This document shows, in pieces, positions 1 through 10,496 of a DNA stretch of 64,000 bases; position 1 is the stretch's first letter; every line of letters starts with the position of its first letter. The notes beneath the pieces are model-generated. The model was not told the origin of the DNA. It made no database searches and was given only the letters and a program-made list of their open reading frames with translations. Made by a program: the position numbers and the translations under genes. Source of the stretch: Fimbriosthenelais zetlandica (lineage: Eukaryota); NCBI GenBank assembly GCA_977030845.1, contig OZ365113.1, positions 21,762,001 through 21,826,000 on the forward strand, given 5' to 3'.

Positions 1-1784
1 GAATGAAACTGGCTGGTGAAGACAGCAACATCATCCTCCACACAGCTAATGACACTGAGCAGCAGACCAACCTTGTATAAAAAGGTATTATGGAGACATG
101 AGTTAACCCCTTAGTAGAAAATTCCCCGAGCTCACGACATGGGAATAATGCAATTTGGGGACATATATATAAGTAAGATTTCTCCGGCAGGAGACCCTCT
201 TACAAAAGGTCAGGTATATTCATTAGGGGGAACTGAGATAAGTTCCTCTCGTGGAGGAGCTTCCGCATTAAGGCAAGAAAATATAAAGACACATGGGGCA
301 CAATCATAATGTCTCCTTCTCGCCAAGTCATCAACCGAAAAAAGCCTGAAAGACAACAGCGTCGGAGAGACATAGTAAACTAAATACGAAGGAAGGTTTC
401 TTGAACAGGCCACTTCCTGTATGGTATATTTGTGGGAATAAGATGGTAAGAAACCATTGTGAAGTTGCAACTCGTGATGTGATGTAAAAAACCTCTTACT
501 ACTAGACAAATCACTAGTTCTTATGCCCACACACTATGAGAACATTATTTCATCCACCACTGCACTGAGTAGATTTGTCAGTGGAAGACAAAGCCCACCT
601 ACACACTCAGTCACGAAGCTGATCAGGATGAGGGGGAGATATTATAGAAGCTATAGCACTGCACATAGGCCCCTTCACACATTATCACTGTCAATACTGG
701 AATCACGTTATCCCAAAGTCTTTCTCTCACTCAAATAAGAAAACATCTCCCCATTGAGGAAGCTCGCTCACTTCACTCACCGCCATCATGTCAGATGTTC
801 AGTCAGGCCCGGTGAGTAAGTTGAGCATCATCAATGTGATGGGTCAGTACCGGGCCTTTTATCAGCAACAAAAGAATCCTTCTAAGGACTTCCGCAACCC
901 CCATAGTCATTGACGTCTATCCATTAGGACCAACTGGACTTAGCGTTCTGCATCCACCTTTCAATGATGGAGTGAGGGTAAACCAAGACCTGACAGAATT
1001 CTCACAGACAGTGGTCAATTCCTCCATGGCCTTCGGGCTCAGAGTCGTGACCAATTCAAATTAATAACCAGAAGTAATAATTCCATTACGGAAGACGCAC
1101 AACTTGTTTACAAGGCCTTATTAGGTGAAGATTACATAGGTCAAAATAATTAAAGCATAAAATCTGTACATTCATAGTAAAAAATGAGTCGTACATATAA
1201 AGCTAATTCCAGCACGAATGGGCCAAGAGTCAAAGAGTCTTGTAGAAAAAGTACTCAAGTTACAATCGCCTGCAGCATACAATCACACGTAGACAATATG
1301 GACTCTAACTATACAAGTGTATAACAGTATCAAAGAATTGCCTGGATTTTGCACTGAATATTTATGTACAGGTAGTTTCTTTCAGGTCTACGATTTGTAG
1401 ATTAAATGGGGGAATGTTAACATTTACAAATGTATGGCACAATTCTGGATCCAAAATGGAAGAGTATATATCTTTGAAATAGAAACGTTCCTTTAGAAGA
1501 AGGATGTCTGGGTGTTGTGCTTCTATCAATAAAGGATTCTGACAGTAGAGGAATATGTAGTAGAAGATGAAAGCCGTTTTAACTTAAAACAGTCTGTACA
1601 AATGTAATGCGGATATCGTAGATATCCGAGGGTTGCTCTATTGGTCTGCTTTCAAAGGATATGTTGTAAATTTCATTTTAAGCCAGCAATGCGTCGAAAG
1701 AAAGGTAAAAAGGGCCATTTATATCTAGAAATCAACAAGATAGAGGGCAATCCATGACAAATTTAGTAATGTTGCGATTTAAAT

Positions 1785-1875
1785 AGAGAGGGTGGAGAGG
1801 GAGGCGGGAGAGAGGGAGAGAGGGGGAAGAGTGAGAAGCGGAGAGAGCAGGGGGAGAGAGGGAGAGGGAAGGAGG
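1785..1875. repeat. GA-rich low-complexity polypurine tract
   Basis: Almost pure G/A sequence with GAGAG/GGAGAGG units. Confidence 0.9.
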
Positions 1876-2023
1876 CTTGTCAGGGGTAAAAATGAAAAAC
1901 AGCTTTCAGAATTGATTGAATCTTTGGCAGAAATGCTCTTCGTTGATCAAAGCTTCAGACAAAATTAGCATCAGTCAATGGCTTCAAAGGAACCCTGGTC
2001 GAAACATAGGAAGAACTTGGAAG

Positions 2024-2056
2024 GACAAAATTATCAGCAACAAACAGTTTGGCTTG
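2024..2056 (+). mobile_element. Short LINE reverse-transcriptase-like fragment (domain 2)
   Basis: DKIISNKQFGL resembles the N..IS..QFGF motif of LINE RT. Confidence 0.35.
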
Positions 2057-3312
2057 CTGGAAACATCAGAAAATCATCATCGCTGATTCCAGGTCCTAAC
2101 AAGCCTCACAGCAATGCACGAAATAACATCTTGTTCTTTTAAAAGGAAAGCCACATCAATATTCTTGCACACATTCCCCACTTCTCCAAGAAACACAGTG
2201 TTTTCGCGTATCACATTCTTTCCAGTTTAGAAGACGGGGACTATGCACTTGAAATTACTGAAGTCAAGATCAGAGACGATCACAGAAGCTCGGAGGCATT
2301 CTTCCCTGACAATTATTGAAGAAACTAAGAACAGGAAGGCATCATTATACAGAGACGGCCATGTAGGGATGCACTTCACTTAAAGTTCACGTTTAGAAGT
2401 AATTGTCAATAGCTTCAGGTACAAATGCAGGAAAATGTGTAAATGAACATCAAAGATATCTTGGATCTGACTGTCATGGGTGTGACTGTAAATGTTCATT
2501 TCAGGATTAAAAGCATTTGTAAAGAGGAAAGGACTGGCATGAACGGTGAGGAATGAGCTGAACCCCCAAAGGATCAAATGCACAGTTCAAAAGAGGGAGA
2601 CTTCAAGAATCTATACCAAATACATGATGCTATACCATAGTTAAATTCCAGAAGTCAAAAGCAGACGATAGAGGAGAAAGCTATAAAGATTGCTCATGTG
2701 TTCTGTGGATAGGGAGTATTAGGATAACTGTTGGTTAATGGCATTGCCAGCTTGGTGTTCATAACTCCAATGTTATCAGTATTTCACAGCTTATCCAAAC
2801 TTCTTTACGATCACAGGCACTTGTGATTCATTTCCAGTCCAAAGAACCAAAAACACATCAGGCAAACACTAAAAAACACTAGATAAACTAGACAATTCTT
2901 CCTAGAAAAACACATTTGCTTTTCAATGTGTATTTTTTCAGCATCAACTTCCAAGCTTTTTTCATACAAAGCATTTTTTAATCACTTTTAGATGGAACTC
3001 AAATATGATCTGACAGGGCAATATATTTACATCTCATGAGTCATTTTGATCTGTCATTCCCTAATAGGAGTTATGTGCCATTCCTACTATTGAAGGATGA
3101 AGTAAAAAGCGATATATCGGACTATGTAGTTCGACATTTCAAGCCTAATTGTTATGCTCAGTCTCATTACCTTCATATCAAAGTAACATATATGTGTACT
3201 TTATGATGACATGTGGATTCATAAGTTAATTTTCTATGTCGAGTAATGAAACGGTTTGGATAATGGGAATTGATCCAATGTGTAGTCACAGCAAATGAGT
3301 AATCACATGCAC

Positions 3313-3348
3313 GACCTGTTTTCATTGGGCAAAACGACAGTACACAGA
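3313..3348 (+). mobile_element. Short PIF/Harbinger transposase HTH-like fragment
   Basis: DLFSLGKTTVHR resembles the LF.(I/V)GKSTV.R helix-turn-helix of Harbinger transposases. Confidence 0.4.
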
Positions 3349-6300
3349 GCATGGGGTAACGGAACCAATACAGACCCCATGTCAATGTGTTCCCTATTAA
3401 GGACAAAATGGCAGGCAAATTTGCTAAGCAAACAAGCGGTGGGAGAACAATGCTTGGGGAATATCAATAAAAGACACGGGAGTTGTTTCCTACATTTTAG
3501 ATTATTGTACATCATATATACATACAGATAAATATAGCTTGAGGAAGATTAAACAGACACATTCAAAGTCAAATTCTACAGAATTCAGAGATTTCAGGAG
3601 GGAGCTATATTAACAAAAGATTTCAGTCCTTAGAAAAGATCTTCCCATGGACCTACGGCGAGAGTGAGTGATTGGGAGTTTGAAGATGCCTAGGCCATTC
3701 ACACAAATTAATGTGGAAATGTGGAAATATTAAAAACGTAGCGTTAATTCTTTCCGGGTTTTAACCAAGAAGCCATACTAAGATGTTGAGAAAATTAAAT
3801 TAAATTAATGGATGAAATCAGTGAAGAGGAGAAATCGTATAAAGGTCTATGCGATAAGGTCCCTTCCACCAGGACAACAGCAGAAAAACAGGGACGTCCG
3901 AGATTGTGACTTTCATTTTGGCCATGCGTCGCTAAAAGAGCCATTATAGCCTACTCAAGAACAAGCTAAATAATGATAAATTCAAGATAGAGTGTCTGTC
4001 CCTAAAATTAATAGAAGATTGGCAAACCATAAAACTGCCCCGATGACTTTTAGTACTTGAAAATTATAATTCGATACCTTGGGGCCAAAAAAAACCGAAG
4101 GATAAGCTGTCCTTGGGAAGCTGAGAGGGAACTTTATCTCCCAATCTGGATAGGATTTCTGACATATGATATGCATCAAGGAGTTAGGGTTGTTCTATTA
4201 TATTACATGTCAAGGTGCATGTTTCACCCGACCAACCAATTGTAAATGGAAAGACATGCACGCCAATAGAAAAAGATTAAGTAGTTTAATATGCATAAAA
4301 ACAATCAATTGTAGGTTCATACTTTGATGCCCATTGTACAACACAGTACTGAGATGTTCTGGAAAGAGGAGGATGCATCCATAGTAACAGAAGTTCTCTC
4401 TCACTTTTAGTGAAAGGAAGGTTAGTCTAAGTGCTGTGTAGGCAACAGATGCTTGTCATTCCACTTAGCATAGATGGCCAGCTTTTTTTAGACTGAGGTA
4501 TTTTGCCTATTAAAAAGAATTCTTATTACATTTTCACTTCAGAAAAGCACAAGACTACGAGAGTACAAAAGCATCAGGTAATGCATTGAATGAATGGACA
4601 TATCACATTTACAACTAGTAACCTAGATTATTTCCCATGCCAATTGCCAAAATTGAAATCACACATAATGACATGGGGACGTACGCCTACATTAACACTG
4701 AAGTTGAACAAATGTACGCCAGAAAAACTCTCTCCCAGCAGGAAATTTGATAACGAAACAGCAAGAAGGGTAGGCCTGTGAATGCTTCTTTTGGTCCGAC
4801 GAGAACAGGATGGAAACAGCTAAATCCTCTTATCTCATACTAAATTAGTCATGCCTGAACCAGGGTAAAGCAACCAGCTCCAGCACACAGCCTTACTTGT
4901 AAGTAGTCCTATCTAATGAAGGAGAGAGGCACTCCAAGGCAAGAAGGAAGGTCAGGAGTGCTAGCAGTTTCCTCCTGTTGGAACTCGTAGAGGTGCTCAT
5001 GGCATTGGAAACATCTTCAGAAAGCAGAGGACGTTGGCAGGAACACAAAGCAGAATTTTCAGCCAACCTTTTATATGGCAATATAAGGGTAAACTTTGGC
5101 AAACGTACAGAGGAGTAAAAAGGGCAAGAGCTGGCCCGGCCGAGGGAACACATGGGCCAGGACAAACTGCAGCAGGTCCAACTCCCTGAGCGTTTCCCAC
5201 CTGTGGACCTCACAGCAAATATCAGAGCAAAAATAATTAGGAGTATTAAATGTTGACAAAACATACATTTTATACTCCTTACATGACTGAACCGATATGA
5301 CGTAATGTCTGATTTAAACAGCTAAATAAACGATACATCATCTGAAATTTCCCAAATCCTTCACAACGAGGAGGAAAGAAAATCGAGAGGTTTTCTTTGC
5401 CGATGAAATAAGAAATCCAACCCTCAGCACGCATGCTTTTCTGCTCCTGTCCTTCCTCAATTATTTTATTTTACATTTTCTTTAGTTGTTTCAGAGAATG
5501 TTTTATTTCAACCAGAAAGAGACAACGCCCCCCAAAAAAATATTCCAGGCTTTCTTCTAATTCAAGTAGACAGCAAAGAGGTCTGGCAATGTTTCACATC
5601 GCTGACCATTAGGTTCAGAGCCTTGTGTCAGGATCTCTGCTTCTGACCACATTTAGCCATAGATGGTGGACAAATGAAGAATCTCTTCATGCCCTCGAAA
5701 AGTATTGACTACTGACGACATTGTATTGTCAGAGAAGACAGAAAATCTTGGAAATTTCGTAAAAGGTTTGGCATTTCTTGCATGAGAAAATATGCAATAC
5801 AAACAGAGATATCAACTTTGGTAAATAATGCACATAAAATAAGGACAGCAAAACAGTAAAGTCTGATGAGGATAAAGATGAGAAGAGGTTCAGCAGTATA
5901 CTGACTTACTGGATAAAATGACTCTGTTCTTTTGTGTCAGTAGTATAAAGAAATATCAGACAAATCTATTATTACTGAATTGGCTGGAAAGAAATGAAGC
6001 AATGAAAACACTCATAGTTGAAATCCAAATCCTTAGGTGAGCTGCGTGGATCTTACCCCTGAAAAATGTTTGAAAGTAATCTGAACATCTGAAATGGTAG
6101 AATGCATCTTCCTTACATAACTTTAAACAGACTCTCCAATATTGAAACGGAAGGATGTTCACTGCAATGAATACATTTATGGCAAGTTGTAGAACAATGT
6201 GACTCTGAGTGACTGTAATTGGCTAAACGTTAACTAAGTGTTAACACTTTCATAAAAATGGTACTTATTTCAGACAGTCCTTATAATGTTTACAACGATT

Positions 6301-7577
6301 TAGAGTGTATAGAAATATTTTAGGCGCCAACTCATACTTTACGACAAGAGATTAGGTGGTACAGCCCCTGGGATAAAATTGCTAGACTTCTAAGGGCAAT
6401 CATTCCCATTAGTAATGCCCCTAAAATGAAGGAAATTGGGAGTTTAGTGAACTTTGCTTATTCCTTCAGAGCAGGGGCGTAATTTTACAATAAAGCTAGC
6501 GTGCCAGCAATTGTGCTTCAAATTGCCTTTGCCTATTGTATTTCCTACCAGCTCTCGCCTACCAGCCATTCATCAAGCCACTCTTGTCCTCTCTGGACCC
6601 ATTTGATGTGCTGTCCGTCTAAATGGCTGACAATGGACAATCAGTGGACAATTCTTGGAACGAAGCTTTCCGGCTGGCTGTGTTAAGTCCCCACATGGGC
6701 CAGTGAGATGTGTTTAAGCACGATAATACTTTCCCGGGTGTGAAGCTGAAGTCAGAGGTTGCTCGAGGGGTGAGGGACTTCATTGATTCCAGTCTCAAAG
6801 TCTAGCCATAGGGAGCGCTCTCCACACCCTGTATGGTGCAGATAGGAGGCCGGTCATGGTCCATCTCAGCTATCACCTCCACCAGCGACCAACCCCCATG
6901 GTCCCATCCTTACCATTTCTTCATCAGCAACCCCGTTTAAGCATCCTTGGCCTGCCCTTTCCAATCTCTCATTTGCCATCGTCCTCTCCTCAGCTCTGCA
7001 TTTATATCTCTTCGAAGACCCTGATCATCCCCATTAAGTTCTACCTGTTCCAGACTTAGTATTACCCACTGGGGTACTATAGACTCTGATAGCCAGCCAT
7101 AGCTTTCAGCTGGATCATTTTTTAAACAAATCTTTCTGAAGATATTTTCAACATCAATCTTCACAGTTCCTGCAAGACGTTACAGGGTTAAAATGGCACT
7201 GACGAAACCTGATCATCAAAGAAGCATCATGTTTCATTTTATTCACTCTCATCAAGAGATTCTACATCCCGAGGGGGGCCAGCCCAGTAGTTTCGGTAGC
7301 CGCATGAAAAGGAGGGTGCGCCAAGCCATCCGCCACTCAATAAAAATGTATTAGATCTACATTAAATCTAAGTCCTGAAGCTTAGGCAGGATGTAGGTCG
7401 GTTACCCCAAACTTACACCGGAGCTTTGTTACAGTAATGCCATATTCCTGTAGCTTGAATAAAGGACCAGAACTACGGGCTTCTCTCTTTTCCTAAAAGC
7501 CATCGTGAGGCCATCTTGAGGTCAACGGGTCGTTAAAATGTCCCCGACAGGGCGCCACCCCAATCAGTCTACGGCTA

Positions 7578-7630
7578 GCTCTATTCAACTCTGTCAGGTT
7601 GGATGGCAAGGGATCGGTCCAGCTCCTTCC
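7578..7630 (-). mobile_element. Short Tc1 transposase C-terminal-like fragment
   Basis: KELDR, then a frameshift, then PSNLTELNRA, resembling Tc1 W.ELDRR...P.NL.EL..A. Confidence 0.35.
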
Positions 7631-8384
7631 TATGAAAGTGATCTATCATGAATACATTATTGACCCATCCCTAAAATATTGACCAGTCAATAGGCTTGTC
7701 TATCAGCTACATTTGGTCTGGAATGAAATATGAGAAGTCAGGATTGTGCCCGGGCGTTATTCGAGGCAAAGCATCTGCATTGGGTGACACTGAAGATGGA
7801 TTGCCTTGTTGTGGAAAACATTTGGCAGGAAAAAGCAAAGGTAATGCTAATAGAGGAAAAAAGAGAACCGAGAAAAATAAAAGATGGTCAAGGCCATCTA
7901 CTCGAGGAAGTGGTTCAGCCGTGATAAAGCCTCAAATGACTGTCGCGTAGAATTTAATTGAAGCCAGACTAGTACGCGTAAGATTGAATTTACAAGATTT
8001 TATGAATCAGCTACAGCCTTCCTAGTCCCACACCTGATCATAATGACTATAGGAAATATCATTAAGATGCTCTCAGGTCTAGGCTACACTTTCAGCTTCA
8101 TCACATTACTGCTCATTAACCTGAGTCCTACTAATTATGCGAGAGGGAGAGTTTTTAAAAGCCTGCAGAACGTAATCAAGTACACACGTTGATGAAGGAG
8201 AAGTAGGTCGTTAACCGACTCTCTTCAACATTGATAGTAATATGCAATAATGTGGAGTAACGAGATTGCATTGGACCCACTTGAAACTATCACTGTTCAT
8301 CAATTAGAGAATTTATGAGGTGATTTAGTATCGGGAAGTCTACCCAGAACGCAGGCGCACAAATATCACAAACCTCTATGGAAG

Positions 8385-8502
8385 ATCTACTTGCTATGTT
8401 CTGTTCCATGTTATTATAGAGGTAAAATTAATTTATAAACTCTAGAAGTTCTATCTATTTGCTACGTTCTGTCCTATGTCATTGCAGAGGTAAAATATAT
8501 TT
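8385..8502. repeat. Diverged tandem duplication, ~68-bp period
   Basis: ATCTACTTGCTATGTTCTGTTCCATGTTATTATAGAGGTAAAAT at 8385 versus ATCTATTTGCTACGTTCTGTCCTATGTCATTGCAGAGGTAAAAT at 8453. Confidence 0.8.
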
Positions 8503-9364
8503 TTCATGAATTTGAGTGTGTCTATGACATACTATAAGGACTAAAATATATCTGACAGCATATTTGACACATTCAATGAAAATCGCAAGGAGCCTGGGAG
8601 ACGAGAATTAGATTTGTGACATTTAAGACGTTGAAGGAGATATATCGTGGATCGGATGTTTTTGATCGCTTAAGTATTATAAATAGATATGGGTATAAAA
8701 CATACAACCATAGGTATTTATTAGAGAAATGGACTCCCAGCCAGTAAATAATTTAGAATAAAGCATTTGTACAAATCATTAGCGTTGTTTGTTTCAATCT
8801 GAATCGGCCACTAATGTAGCACATGCTTTCCACCAATGCTATAAATCATTTGTTCACTGCGACAACACTACAGCGATTCCTGCTTAATCACCTCCCAGAT
8901 TCATCCTGTACACTTTCCTATATAATCAGGAAAAATTAGCACCGCAGAAATAGGAACTTTCTATCCTACCTCATTAGCTGGCGTCATCTAAGCTGTGGGT
9001 TCGTCCATCCTCGGCACATTCTGAAGAAGAGAAAATTAATACATTTTGTAGTAACATCCCGTAACAATGGCGAGAGACGTGAAACTGCAAATGGAGATGG
9101 CTGTCTAAATGATCAGGGATGCTAAGGATATTATCCAATCATGAGAAGCGTTGCAGGGGGAGTCATTTGGAAAAGGGGGGTAAATGCTCTATTCTCGCCA
9201 CCTGATGAATGCAACTTTCAAACCTCGTTTGATCTGGAGGGACAGCATTCCTAAGCAGCGCAGACAGCGCTGTTCATTAGGCTAAAAGGTCCGTAACAGT
9301 CGGGAGAGGGTGGGGCATTAGGAACACGTTGGTTGGCTAGGCCGTATGAGTGATTACTCTGACA

Positions 9365-9403
9365 TACTGATCTCCCCGGAAGAAAAGAGATGTCCACCAA
9401 GCT
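9365..9403 (-). mobile_element. Short L1/Tx1-like RT fragment (domain 2)
   Basis: SLVDISFLPGRSV resembles LI..DQ.GF.PGRS. Confidence 0.3.
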
Positions 9404-10385
9404 GTTAAAGGAAATGGACTTTTCCGGCTCAGGCCTGTGTTTGCCACGAATCTCATGAAAGCCTTTCCCGCCTCCATCATTATTACCTGCTGCAGAGAGA
9501 GATATGTGGAAGTATATTAGCGAGAAAGAACCTTTATAAATGTCTTTTCCCGAGATAAATTTAGCCTCATATACCATGATTCTCATGAGTTCTCAGGAGA
9601 TATAATATGTTGCTAGTTGGACAAAGATTAATGCTGGTATCCCTAATGCATTGTATCCATTACAGGGCAGGTTTGGATGCAATGGGTTGACCCCGTGCTC
9701 AGCATATCTCCTAGTCAGCAACCCTTAAAGTAGTTGCATATCCATTATGCAGCAGTAGCCTACTACTGTAATCAACAGATTGGAAAACCCCACACTTGGA
9801 AATAGATCATAATGTGTAAATATACGAAAACATTACAAGGGAAAAATAGCACTTCTATTATAACTAAATTACCTTAGTAACAATAAACCATATTAAACAC
9901 CCAGCAAGTAAATTGGTTGCATCCAGATTCATTGCAAAAGCAGACGCCTGGAGATATAGAGTACTGTACATTGAGGGAGCAACTCCATACAGCGAAGTGA
10001 AGGATAATACATTGGCCACGCCACGGCAATGGGTAAATGCGGCCCACGACGCATTCTCCAGTAACCGATTGCCTCCTTGGAGATTGATCCGTCGTCATAG
10101 TGACATCCCAATGGCAGGATCCAGGACACGTGAGGACCATCTAGATCTTGTGGTAATTGAAACTGACAAGCAACAGACACCTATTGGAGCACTCAATGGT
10201 CATAAAATGACTGAGCCATGCAATAGAAGCAGGCGATTGGGGAGGAAGACAAGGGGAGCTGACCAAAACAGCTGCACCACTCCCATCACTATCACACTCA
10301 CAATGTAGTGGTAATATGTGATTGTCCTGATAAAAACTATGTTCTTAATGACGTCCAAGATTTTCAACTTCATGAACATGCAATG

Positions 10386-10496
10386 ATTTCATTGAAAACA
10401 GCATTATATATAAAGCTTTTAAGCTTATATAATGCTTTAATAGCATTATATATAAAAGCTTTTAAGCTTTATATATAATGCTTTTTTCAATGAAAT
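10386..10496. repeat. Nested AT-rich palindrome (two self-complementary units inside an outer inverted repeat)
   Basis: ATTTCATTGAAAA...TTTTCAATGAAAT outer arms enclose two copies of an AGCATTATATATAAAGCTTTTAAGCTT(T)ATATAATGCT-type palindrome. Confidence 0.85.
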
